A model generated the notes under the pieces. That model was given only the letters and a program-made list of their open reading frames with translations. It was not told where the DNA came from and searched no databases. The translations under genes and the position numbers were made by a program. A DNA stretch of 64,000 nucleotides from Ostrea edulis (taxonomy: Eukaryota): the NCBI RefSeq assembly GCF_947568905.1, contig NC_079170.1:9362001-9426000 (forward strand), given 5' to 3'. Of the stretch, positions 45,699 through 59,859 are shown piece by piece. How positions within the stretch are numbered: position 1 is the first letter of the stretch; the number at the start of each line of letters is the position of its first letter.

Positions 45699-48600
45699 TT
45701 TTCTTGCATTCCTACACCAGATTTTCCATATATGAATCAGAAAAACAGCACTATTTTTTTTTTCTTATTGATATTTACAGATTTATACAGATATTTTTAA
45801 ACATCAATATTAGAAATCTTGAAGCTCGTTGATCACCAAGCATTGCCAGACTCACATGACATAAAACTTTCAGAGATCATTAAACAAATTTGACCTTTTT
45901 TTTCATTTTGAAAACTACAACGATTCCCCGAATCTTTAACATTAAGTGATAAGTTAATTACACTTCACTAAATTATTAATGGAGTTTGTTGAATAGCTAG
46001 CTGCACCTCCCTGACAATGGTTTATACTCTCATAAACTGACATAATGCATAGTCGCGGTGTAGAGACACGTTACACTAATATAGTGAATACAAGCATACA
46101 TGGGAATCCTCTTTGGATCGATGGATCAGAGAGCTACAGATCCACCCGTTGTAAAAACTTAAACGTGTAACTTTTTCTACGCATGAACCAGAGAGCTACA
46201 ATCCTACAGCTAAGGTGTTTGTGGATCCCCCCTCCCCGCCGCACACACACCAAGAAATTGTTGCAAACCCTTTGAACTCAGTATTTTTGCTCCTACTATG
46301 TCTATTTATTTGTTACTTATGATTAGGTCGTCATGTTATTTTTCAAGACAATGGGCAGGAAAAAAGATCTAGTTCAAGCGACTTATTTGACTCGCATCAT
46401 CATCCTGCTGGTTGGAACACGTGAATTGGAAATCACGTGACCAGACTTCATCAGTAGTGTTTACAAGAACAGTCTCCTGCAGGCGGGACTAGCATGCCGT
46501 TCTTCATTAAAACAAGCGAAAAGTTATTTATACATTGTATAGTCTGACATTATAGACGGATGTACGAAATATAGTGAGCTGTAAATATTCTGTGTTCCAA
46601 CTTCGACTACGGAGGATTGCTTGCTACTTAGTAGACTTGCTCAAGTCTCTATGTTTAATAATCATTGCTCTCTTTAATCTATGTTTGGTGGTATTTAAGT
46701 ATGGTAGAGAGCAGATATTTTGACTTCTGAAACAGAAAAATTTGAACGAAATGATAAATTAATAAAAAACAACAACAACATAGAGACTTGAGCAAGTCTA
46801 GCTACGTAGCGACACGGTACATTGTAACTATTCCAGTGGCGGATCTAGAGGGGGGGGGGGGGGGTTGTTACGAATACAAGTCGTACATCTCTACGTTGCG
46901 ACACGGTACATTGCAACTATTCGAATACAAGCCGTACATCTCTTATGTTGAACCATCTGAAAATCTGGCGGGCAAACTCATAATTAACAGACTGACAAAA
47001 AACCGCTATCAAAATTGAATGAGCTTGGTAAACTAAAGCATAGAATTCAAACCCGCGTGTATTATACCACAGTACAATTAGAGATTGAGGTGGGGGGTGT
47101 TCGTCGGCTCGGTTCTTAATCCTCACTTCATTCATCTCATCCCTCACCAATTCCTCACACTCTTTCTTAACCCCCTCCCATTCCTCACACTCCTTCTTAA
47201 CCCCCTCCATTACCCCATCTTCGCTAGCCAAGGGTTTTCGGTCCACTCCGCTCCCCATAATGGGGAAGATGCTCATACCCTTTTTACCAGCAGCATGCGT
47301 TTCATAACTTCGAAACGGTCACTGCTCAAGTCCAATTGTATACAAGAATGTTGATTTCTCATTGTAAAATCAGGTAGTGTTTGATTTGGCACCAGTAAAT
47401 TGATCTTGGCATGTTTGAAGTTGTGTTTTTCTATGTTTAATCCATCATTGAATGAGGACTCTTGATTTTTCTCAATTTTTCTGACAAATAACAAACAGCT
47501 ACATCTGTCAATAGTATAATGGTTCTTTTAATAATATTTATAAAAAGGTTATACATTACAAATAGAAAATCATACAATGCTTTCTGCTCTTAAAAAAAAA
47601 AAGGACCCCCCAAAATGAGTAAAACTTGCGCACAAAGATAAGTTGTCAAATACTATCAACGGTGGCAAAAAACATACACAACACAGTGCCGCTAAAACTG
47701 CGACAATTTCGTAATACAACCTACTAACTCATACAACCTGGACGAGTAAAATTGCTGAAAGCCTGGGGGGAGTCGCCTGTAAAAACACCAGCATATTCTC
47801 ATTAACATATTATAAAAGTACTCACTTAAAACTGAGATGCAACTTCATGTACAGAGAAATGAATGATGGAAATAAGACAATTAAATGAAGCAGCTGAACA
47901 ACATAATACAATGTTGTTGGACAATATGTTAATAAAATGGATTTAGTGCGAGATAAATCAGTTTGTATGAAAATCTTGTGTAACAAAATGTTCATTAAAA
48001 AGTTCTGATTTACAGTGGTATATATAAATTTGAATCATTCCAGCCTAATCCCAGTTAGTCCCTACTTTCACATTTGTTTTGTAGTAAGGTCCAATATCAA
48101 TTTGACTGGTACTATTCTTAAAATAAACTCATAGGATAACAAGATATACGAAATGAAATAAAAAAAAATTAAAACAATATTGAATTTCCGTGATAACTTG
48201 ATAAATGAGATGTATTATCTGGATAATAACCCACCAGTTCTACAGATGAACATTAGTGCAGCTGCTTTGTATGCTAACTACATAAATAATAATTTAAAAA
48301 GAACATACATCACATGGTAAAGACAACATTCACTACACACAGAATGACACGATTTCATCAGAATGCATCAATTTCATACTACGTTACCAGCTCCTTGAGA
48401 ATTTTATGTAACAATGTACTTTAACAGGTAAGAAATTCCCACCCTCAAATAAAACACATGATCTGAACCCTATATTTACTCTGTTTGTTGAATTTCCCCT
48501 ATACTAGACACTAAAAGTGTTGTAAACATTACGATTTTGTCCACTTTTAATCAAACTTAAGTTCTTAACTGAATTTTAATATTTACTCAGTACCCAAATA

Positions 48601-50332
48601 TATTTGCAGTATAGGATTTGTACTACATGAAATTGACTATACATCTAATTTGCAGTCACAATTAAGTATACATACATGTATATATAAAAAGCAATTTGTA
48701 CAAATATCTAGATTCTAAATGTATATTACAAAACTTTACATCACTGAATCATTTGTGCCATGGTAAACTACAACTCTACATGTAAAATGACTAGTCTCCT
48801 TTCATCTCTGTGCCCCCCACCCTTCATTTAATATAACTTACCCTTTGGAAATACATTCAGTTTTGGCTATAATTCATCTTAATTGTCTACTTGAAACTAT
48901 TTCCTTTAGTTTCCTTTGCTAGTATGCACACACTGATCTAAAGGATATATCTTTGGATGAACATGATTTCATAAAAAAAACCTGTTTTATACATTTAATA
49001 CATTGTACATGTATCTTACCGTTTAATAATATCACTACGAATGTTGTAAAAATCAACATCATAAACATTAAATTTTATAAATTATCAAAAACCTAGTCAC
49101 TTATTCATTTCTCAATTTCTACAGCTATGTTCTCATTTATTTCCATATGAAACTGATATACATACACGTATAAAGTTATAAACCAATATGTGTGTGTGTG
49201 TGTGTGTGTAGATCTAATGCTGTTATTGTTTATCTTAATACACTTATACGATGCATACTAGAAATAATGTTATCACATCAGTGTTCAAGGACATCATGTT
49301 ACCTGCCATGACCTTGACCTCAGATGCGATCTTGAACCCTATCGGGGTTTATCCCACTTCATCAATATTTCCATGAAATTCTGTGAAAGTTAGTTACAGA
49401 CATACAGATTGACACCATTTACATACTGTACTGATTGTATAATAAACAGATGTTAAAGAAAAAGAAATTTATACTTTGATGAAAATAATCCAACCTCACT
49501 TGTTCCATTCTATGTCAAATTCCTACACATGTAAACTGTACAATTTTTACAACCTGTTGTAAAATTTCACTATATGTACAAATATAGTACTAACTTGATA
49601 AAACTCGACTGAAACTTTCTGAAAAGTTTTAAACTTGTAGGTGTATGCATTTATTTCCTTAATGCATGGTCATTAAAATGGGTGTGTATATTAAGCAGTT
49701 TATAAATTGTCAAAAACATATCTAACAACAAAACAATTCAAACAATAGCTAAAAGACATTATCACTACGAGATCTACAGTTTTTGGCACGCCACAACCTT
49801 TTTCAAATCTAAAGATTAATTTGTCAAACAGCTCCATTTAAATGGGGATTTGAATTGCATTTTACCTACTGAGCTAAATTCAGAATATCCAAACTTTAAG
49901 TGCTTCAAAATCTTTGGTGAGAAGCCTACCCCCCCCCCCCCCCCCCTTTCCATCTACTTCAGATTTTGTGTGTCAGTACAAATATCTTACATGAATATCA
50001 TTCATGGGTTTTCCTAAGTTCTACAAAGGAGAATATATCTTTCATATTAATTTTGATTTATGACTCATAAAAATATTGTGAATTTTGAACAGGTTGGACT
50101 CTCATGATGACTACACGGACTAGAGGATGAAGCTTAACGTTAAATGCAATTCATACACTATATGCTTTGGAACACAATGGCGGCACAAAGGTCCAAAATG
50201 ACATAAAAACAATACAAAATGGCAGAGCATGGGGATAATAAAGGCATTACATGCAAGCTCTGATGTATTCAGTTTCAGTAGAATATAACATAAATGATTG
50301 ATACAAAGATACATATTAATAGATCCTCCATT

Positions 50333-50546
50333 TACTGTACACAGGGTTGTTTTCGCCCCGCGTTAGTTTCGCCCCGTGTTAGTTTCGCCTTTCTACACTT
50401 GAGGTTGGTTCCGTCCTGTTTTTAATTTACTCAGACATAGTTTTATAAAAGAGAGATAAGAGAGAAAAAGGTTTCACCCAGTCTTAAATTTGCCCCACTG
50501 ACGGGGCGAAAATAAAACGGGGGCTAATATCTCCCTGTATACAGCA
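50333..50546. mobile_element. Small MITE (tactgta...tacag(c)a ends)
   Basis: Imperfect TIR tactgtacacaggg / ccctgtatacagca, with internal ttttcgcccc / ggggcgaaaa inverted motifs. Confidence 0.6.
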
Positions 50547-51519
50547 TATCAAATCTGTTGCACCATTTTCAGCCCCTTCAACTCTTAAGATATCCAAAAA
50601 TACTGCAGCCAAGATATTCCATTGCTGAAGAATACCTGAGGCAGCCTGAGTGTAAAGCATCATTGAAGTGTAGCACATCAGATTAATGGAAAATCCTTAA
50701 GTCTTCAATGTTAACACGGATTATCAATCATCTTGACTGATTTAACAGTTGTCAATCCAATGCAATCTTAGTCAATGAGAAAAAAAATTAATATTTCCTC
50801 TCGGGATTTGAAACGACAGTCCTCACTCTCTGACTGAAATGGCAGTAATATCACCAAGCAGACACCGACGAATGAACGGGAGACAACAGTACACTGTACA
50901 ACAGTACAGCATCGGCAGAGCCTTAGTTACAACATTTGATGATAATTAAAACGTATTCTGAAAAATCGCTAAATTCACACAACCTTTCACTACATGTTAA
51001 AATACTTAAAACAATCACAGCACTCGACCATTCCCGTCACCTGGACAAGTGGTGATTTGGTGTCTATGGAAGAAATTTGGATCCTCCCCACAACTTATCA
51101 CACTGTCAATTTCGAGATATTCATAACGAATACCAACACTCAGAGGTGTAAACCTTGGATTATATAAAAAAAAATTGGGAGATTTCCTATGGTTACTGCG
51201 CCTTTAGTCTCGACATGTTCACACAGTGGAAATTCACAATCTGAAGATGATATTGGCACAACTTGTACATGTTAAACATAAACACTGATGAAGACATGGT
51301 TTTTCTATCTGGGATCCATGAATGGTATTTTCAATAAATTCAAAGCATCCATAAAGTTTTCATGAATTGTTTCTCTCATATATCTGAGTATGTTATGACC
51401 TGTAATTTTCAGTGAGAAATATCTCCATGTTCTCCATATAACATGGCTATAGTTGTCTTTCTCTTCTACACAAAAGGATGAAAACCACCTTCCACTTCTC
51501 AGACCGTGTCTTCCCCTTC

Positions 51520-54500
51520 TCAGATCGTCGTTTCCACCTTGGCCTGAAGTGTAGGACTACGTGACAGAGTGCCGTTTTTCTTGGCGGAGGAAGATCGTAA
51601 ATGTAGATGATGTGAAAGTGAGGCAGTCTCTTTATCAAACTGTTCTTGGATGTAACTGTTCATGGCAAGGAAGATGAAGAGGTAATCCTCTTGGCTGCCG
51701 ACGATGCCGGGCCGTTTCTTGTGGTAGAGCTTGCACAGGTGGTACACATCGATTGTCTTATCATGATTCAGCTGGTCCAACAAGGACGAAAGAATGCAGA
51801 AGCGAGCACCTTCTACACCCCCAAATCTGAAAATCAAAAGACAACAAATTAAATACAAGTAGTAAACATAGGAATATACCACCGCTATAAATGTGAAACA
51901 TTCCATTGTAATTCAGGAATTACAGCCTAGGAGAATTTATCAACAACATGGAATTGTGATTACATATTATTCTGGACAATCATGCTTCAGCAGGATGTGC
52001 TGAGGATAACGAGGGGAGACTATAAAACTAGATACACACGCAGCATTATACAGGTTATTTCCCGGCACATACACTTATTGCCATACAGAACATGCATGCT
52101 GCACTTCTGAAAATAGCTGTACACCTTCATCACTGTATTCAATAGAATTTCAAGTAGAAATCAACTGTCTTGAGATCCAGGGTGGGTAATACAAACATTC
52201 AGACATCAAACAGATAGGTAACTAATTCATCATCCCAAGATGGGATAACTCTCTAGTAGAAATTGAGTCAAGATAACTTTATATTATAGAAAGTCATGCA
52301 AATGACAGTCCAGTAATTTGTTTCTACAATAAATAAGGGCCATGTTAAGACATTGATTGCAGGCGAGAACTATACAATGATATACTGGAGACAGTTTAGA
52401 ATTAAATTTGGCTGTGTATTCATTTTTAATGTTTTTGGCAGAAGGAAGTTTCAGCTGAACCCAGTTCAGAACTAAATCCTAGCTTATATTTCAGTTTCTA
52501 CTACCTGTGATAAAGCTCTAAATAAAATTCATGCTAAATCACCGAAGAATTGTTTTCAGCCAAATTTAGAGCAAATCCTATGCAATGCATATTGTCTACA
52601 CAAAGTATGATCATTAATCAATTCACATGATTGTGAATTCTGGAGATTCCATTGTTCAGGTTGAAGTGATTCTGACTTCTAATCTTAATCTGCTGTAGTG
52701 ACTCAGGATGTACAGCAACTTTAGTCTACGCGATTCATCAATGGATTACGGTTTTACCCTAATTTGGCAACATTTCAGCCATTTTACGGAGGTTAAACTA
52801 ACTGAAATATGTTTGGTTGTGAGAATTTGAGTTTCCCTGATGACCCCCAGTGAGCCTACTCTTTCCTGAATATCAGGGAAACGATCTTTTGCATGCCGCT
52901 GACCCCGACCTTGAAAATCAATACCAATAATCTCCCATAAAACTAATGTCCCACTACACAGGCTTTGTGAGTACGGTATGAAAACGGAAAATTAATGAAC
53001 ATAAAATGTATTTGTAAACAGATCTCCTTACCTGTCCACCACAACAATTGGCCCACCATCCTTCTGGGCTTGGAGTTCCTTGACCCTTTCTAAAAGGTCA
53101 AATGCTTTATAATGGGGGAGGTCTGGTGGGGGCCACTCAGGACACGAAATGATCTGCGTCATCAGTACGTAGTCATCCTGAAATAAAGCGAAGGCATTCA
53201 ATGCAATCATTCATATCAAAGAATGCTGATATACATTTAAACTCATGCTCATTGGTTCAAAAGTGAAAAGCATATTAAATACAAAATTGTATAAACATTT
53301 ATGTTATGTTTAATATTTATAATGCTTCATTTTTTTTCTTCCAAATCCATAAAGCCCCATTTAACTACTAGTATCTGCACAACAGGTGAAAATTGTTGAA
53401 AGCCATGTTACTTCAGCTATATATGGAAATAAAACAATCAAAAGCCTTTCCCCCATCCGATGTTAACAAAAAAAGGTTCTGTTATCAAATGTTATCATAA
53501 AACAAGCAACGTATGAGAAAAATGCCACAGAAACGATAGCATTGATAAATAAAACAAATATATTTCATTTCTGTGATAAATGGCATAAAGTAGCCAAAAA
53601 TGTGTAAACCCTTTGAAATAGACTATAAGGGGGAAAAATGAATTAGTAATACTTAGTTTAGTAAATCTAAATTAAAGTGATATTAAACTGTCCTCATTGA
53701 AAAAGAATATAGTGTCCTAATGGTGGAATTTTGTATGAGCTTGAGCTAAGACCGTCAGTGTTTTCTGTGTCAGCCTTTACTAAATTCAGTGATAATGGGC
53801 TTGCTATCTGCTTGCAATATTCTAATTCTTATATAAACTATTGCTCCGTGGTCATGAACACACAAGGTGTTCATTCCTCCGAGACACAAAACACCGCCGA
53901 AGGTTTTTATAGTATGTGCATGTACTGGGCTGACCTTATTTTCCCTAGCGTTGCATATGTTCAAATTAAGAAGAGTGTGAATGAACTATTCGCACCACCC
54001 ACCACACATTGCTATCACTGCAGATTGAATAAAACAGCTGTCTACCAAGTCAAACAAAAATGTGAACTGAGCTTTCAGCTTAATAGTTCAAAACTGAAGT
54101 CATACCCAACTAGAATTCTGTCAAAAATCAAATCAAACAAATAAGTGAAACTGTCAATACTTTAAAGAGATCTTTATATTTATAACTAATAAATCGATAT
54201 ACAGTTACATGTATTAATAAAATAGTATTTAATGACATTGAACCAGAAGTGGATTAAAATTATATGAAAATGAAGGGACCAACTGAAAGCTCTAAACAAG
54301 GGAGTAAATAGCTTAAAATGTCCATACAGGGAAACACCAAGAAGGAGAGGGAAAATTTCCCACATGACCATTCCTTTGTAGAATTCCATCTATAAATAGA
54401 ACTAATCTCCCATTATTATCATTGATAACTTTGATGACCTTGACCCACCTGCGTAGATTCCAGCAAGAAGGTGTGAACAGTGTAACTGTTGCCCTCCTCC

Positions 54501-56617
54501 GATTCCTGAAAGACCAGTTTGAAATTAGCTGTGTCCATCCCTACGGAGTCAGTCTCGTCCGGCCAAAACTTCATGAACTCCTGCAAATGAGAGCACACAA
54601 TTTTGTACATTTCATATGATAAATCACTTACTGATGATACACTTCCACAAAATTTGCAATACATGAAAAGTCAATGTGTGATTCAATGAATAAAACCTGT
54701 GAAGTGAAATTCTGCTCTGTGAATTTTTTTGTGAACTGCTTCTTTCTTTTATTCATAATTTCCCCGTGTAGATTTTACTGAATTAAAAAAAAAATTCAGA
54801 AAATTTATTTTCGATTCTCCAAAGTTTAGATATGGTCCTGAAATGGCTACATGCATTAAAATTCTGCCCATTTATCTTATCCGAATAAAATTCCTGGATC
54901 CCATCAGACAGAATTTTCTTCACACCAAAATTGAATCTTCAAATTCGGGACGATGAGGCACCTCATCTCCTTCGTAATTATATCTATCTTTTCTTTGCTT
55001 TACAAATTACATTACCACTCTTCCTCCTAACTTCACATCTTCCACCCTTCCTCTTAACTTCACATTTTCCACCCTTCCTCCTAACTTCACATCTTCCACC
55101 CTTCCTCTTAACTTCACATTTTCCACCCTTCCTCCTAACTTCACATCTTCCACCCTTCCTCCTAACTTCACATCTTCCACCCTTCCTCCAAACTCCACAT
55201 CTCCCACCCTTCCTCCTAACTTCACATCTTCCACCCTTCCTTCTAACTTCACATCTTCCACCCTTCCTTCTAACTTCACATCTTCCTCCTAACTTCACAT
55301 TTTCCACCCTTCCTCCTCACTTCACATCTTCCACCCTTCCTCCTAACTTAACATCTTCTACCCATCCTCCTAACTTCACATCTTCCACCCTTCCTCCTAA
55401 CTTAACATTTCCCACCCATTACCTCATCATCCACCCTGGAGAGAAGGACTATGACTGAGCTGTTGTTGTCCCACACCATCCTCCAGAAGTCTCCAACCGT
55501 TGTTTCCAAAGGGTGCTGGGTCAAAATGAACTCATCAGTATGGTTGTAACCCTGTGGAAAGGAAAAAATTCTATGTGCAAGCTGCCTATCTCAGACACAA
55601 CATGATTTATCTCAGACACAACATGATTTATCACACAACATGATTTATCTCAGACACAACATGAGTTATCTCAGACACAACATGATTTATCACACAACAT
55701 GATTTATCTCAGACACAACATGATTTATCACACAACATGATTTATCTCAGACACAACATGAGTTATCTCAGACACAACATGATTTATCACACAACATGAG
55801 TTATCTCAGACACAACATGATTTATCACACAACATGATTTATCTCAGACACAACATGAGTTATCTCAGACACAACATGATTTATCACACAACATGATTTA
55901 TCTTAGACACAACATGAGTTATCTCAGACACAACATGATTTATCACACAACATGATTTATCTTAGACACAACATGATTAGTAGTGGCTGGCAGATGTTGG
56001 ACAACATTGACTACTGTAAGTGGTTTTAATTTCGAGGTGCTAAAAGTTCGCAGTTTTTGATATTGGTCTAATTGCGTCGGTTTTTTTTTTTCCACAGAAC
56101 TCAAATTTTATTTTGATTACTGGTAACTGTTCAAAACGTATTGTGTCACACTCACAAATGATTGCGGTTGTTTTAAATTTGCGGAAAAATCCCCGACCGC
56201 GATATAACGAAATGAAAACCACACAATCATTTCCCCATTTACAGTACATTCAGTCATCATAATGTTCATCCTTCTTTCTACAGAATGCATGTAACAGTAT
56301 TTCTAATCGTTACTGGGCCATTTTTTAAGTTCTCTAGTGGAATCTCTAGAGCCACTGAGTCCTTATCCCCTTGTCAGGATTACTATACATATTGACAATA
56401 GTTATACATAGAGTCCTTATACCCTTGTCAGGATTACTATACATATTGACAATAGTTATACATAGGGTCCTTATCCCCTTGTCAGGATTACTATATATAT
56501 TGACACTAGTTATACATTTCTTCCATGTATCTGTACACAATTAAATTTCTCAACATAATACATATACAATATATCGGTAGCAGTCAAATGCAACATTTAC
56601 CCAATTCATTCATGTAA

Positions 56618-56653
<36 letters not shown>

Positions 56654-59600
56654 TCACCTTGGTCCACATCAGAAGATTTTCCAATATATTTGCATGTAAA
56701 ACCTTAGTCCCTATTGTGGCCCTAACCTACCCCTGGAGGCCATGGTTTTTGCAAACTTGAATCTACACTATGTCAGAAAGCTTTCATGTAAATGTCAACT
56801 TCTTTGGCCCAATGGTTCTTGAGAAGAAGATTTTTAAAGATTTTCCCTATATATTTGTATGTAAAACTTTGATCCCCTATTGTGGCCCCATCCTACCCCA
56901 GGGGGGCATGATTTTAACAAACCTGAATCTGCACTATATCAGAAAGTTTTCATATAAATCTCAGCTTTTCTGGCTTATTGGTTCTGGGAAGAAGATTTTT
57001 AAAGATTTTTCCTATATATTTGTATGTAAAACTTTGACCCCCTATTGTGGTCCCATCCAACCCCCGGGGGCCATGATCTTAACAATTTATAATCTGCACT
57101 ATATCAGGAAGCTTTCATATAAACCTCAGCTTTTCTGGCTCAGTGGTTCTTGAGAAGAAGATCTTAAAAGATTTTTCCTATAAATTTGTAAGTAAAACTT
57201 TGATGCCCCCCTTGAGGCCCCATCCAATCCCCGGGGTCCATGATTTTAACAAACTTGAATCTGCACTATATCAAAATAAAAAAAACGGGAAAAAAAACAA
57301 ACAACAAAAAAAAACCTTTGACCCCTTATTGTGGCCCCATCCGATCCCCGGGGGCCATGATTTTAACAATTTAGAATCTGTACTATATCAGGAAGCTTTC
57401 ATATAAATCTCAGCTTTTCTGGCTCAGTGGTTCTTGAGAAGAAGATTTTTAAAGATTTTTCTTAATATATTTGTATGTAAAACTTTGACCCCCTATTGTG
57501 GCCCCATCCAACCCCTGGGGGCCATGATTTTAACAATTTAGAATCTGTACTATATCAGGAAGCTCTTCTGGCTTAGTGGTTCTTGGGAAGAAGATTTTTA
57601 AAGATTTTCCCTATATATTTGTATGTATAACTTTGATCCCCTATTGTGGCCCCATCCGATCCCCGGGGGCCATGATTTTAACAATTTAGAATCTGTACTA
57701 TATCAGGAAGCTTTCATATAAACCTCAGTGGTTCTTGGGAAGAAGATTTTTAAAGATTTTTCCTATATATTTGTATGTAAAACTTTGACCCCCTATTGTG
57801 GCCCCATTTGACCCCGGGGGCCAGGATTTTAACAATTTGGAATCTGCACTATATCAGGAAGCTTTCATATAAATCTCAGCTTTTCTGGCTCAGTGGTTCT
57901 TGAGAAGAAGATTTTTAAAGATTTTCCCTATATATTTGTATGTAAAACTTTGATCCCCTATTGTGGCCCCATCCGACCCCTGGGGCCATGATTTTAACAA
58001 ACCTGAATCTGCACTATATCAGAAAGCTTTCATATAAATCTCAGCTTTTCTGGCTTATTGGTTCTGGGAAGAAGATTTTTAAAGATTTTTCCTATATATT
58101 TGTATGTAAAACTTTGACCCCCTATTGTGGCCCCATCCGACCCCCGGGGGCCATGATCTTAACAATTTATAATCTGCACTATATCAGGAAGCTTTCATAT
58201 AAACCTCAGCTTTTCTGGCTCAGTGGTTCTTGAGAAGAAGATCTTAAAAGATTTTTCCTATAAATTTGTATGCAAAACTTTGATGCCCCCCTTGAGGCCC
58301 CATCCAATCCCCGGGGTCCATGATTTTAACAAACTTGAATCTGCACTATATCAAAATAAAAAAAAAACGGGAAAAAAAAACAAAAAACTTTGACCCCTTA
58401 TTGTGGCCCCATCCGATCCCCGGGGGCCAGGATTTTAACAATTTAGAATCTGTACTATATCAGGAAGCTTTCATATAAATCTCAGCTTTTCTGGCTCAGT
58501 GGTTCTTGAGAAGAAGATTTTTCCTATATATTTGTATGTAAAACTTTGACCCCCTATTGTGGCCCCATCCGACCCCTGGGGGACATGATTTTAACAATTT
58601 AGAATCTGTACTATATCAGGAAGCTTTTCTGGCTTAGTGGTTCTTGGGAAGAAGATTTTCCCTATATATTTGTATGTATAACTTTGATCCCCTATTGTGG
58701 CCCCATCCGATCCCCGGGGGCCATGATTTTAACAATTTAGAATCTGTACTATATCAGGAAGCTTTCATATAAACCTCAGCGTTTCTGGCTCAGTGGTTCT
58801 TGGGAAGAAGATTTTTAAAGATTTTTCCTATATATTTGTATGTAAAACTTTGACCCCCTATTGTGGCCCCATCCAACCCCGGGGGCCAGGATTTTAACAA
58901 TTTGGAATCTGCACTATATCAGGAAGCTTTCATATAAATCTCAGCTTTTCTGGCTCAGTGGTTCTTGAGAAGAAGATTTTCCCTATATATTTGTATGTAA
59001 AACTTTGATCCCCTATTGTGGCCCCATCCGACCCCCGGGGCCATGATTTTAACAATTTAGAATCTGTACTATATCAGGAAGCTTTTCTGGCTCAGTGGTT
59101 CTTGGGAAGAAGATTTTTAAATATTTTTCCTATATATTTGTATGTAAAACTTTGATCCCCTATTGTGGCCCCATCCGACCCCTGGGGGCCAGGATTTTAA
59201 CAATTTAGAATCTGTACTATATCAGGAAGCTTTCATATAAACCTCAGCTTTTCTGGCTCAATGGTTCTTGGGAAGAAGATTTTTAAAGATTTTTCCTATA
59301 TATTTGTATGTAAAACTTTGATCCCCTATTGTGGCCCCATCCGACCCCCGGGGGCCATGATTTTAACAATTTAGAATCTGCATTATATAAGGAAGCTTTC
59401 ATATAAATCTCAGCTTTTCTGGCTCAGTGGTTCTTGAGAAGAAGATTTTTAAAGATTTTCCCTATATATTTGTATGTAAAACTTTGATCCCCTATTGTGG
59501 CCCCATCCGACCCCCGGGGGACATGATTTTAACAATTTAGAATCTGTATTATATAAGGAAGCTTTCATATAAATCTCAGCTTTTCTGGCTCAGTGGTTCT

Positions 59601-59810
59601 TGAGAAGAAGATTTTTTAATGACCCTACCCTATTTTTACCTTTTCTTGATTATCTCCCCTTGTAAGGTGGCCTGGCCCTTTATTTTAACAATTTAGAATT
59701 CCCTTTACCTAAGGACGCTTTGTGCCAACTTTGGTTGAAATTGGCCCAGTGGTTGTTGAGAAGAAGTTGAAAATGTGAAAAGTTTACAGACGGACGGACG
59801 CCAGAATACG

Positions 59811-59859
<49 letters not shown>

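Noticed and set aside
52825-52885. Hammerhead ribozyme (CTGATGA ... GAAAC)
   Set aside because: gtttccctgat and atcagggaaac are complementary, so the supposed core pairs into a simple hairpin. Stems I-III cannot be formed.
54931-55458. ORFs of 90-175 aa across the 27-bp repeat
   Set aside because: Repeat-derived open frames inside a PTP intron; the true exon ends at 55423.
56770-58233. Several plus-strand ORFs
   Set aside because: Translations of the Helentron internal satellite, with no domain.
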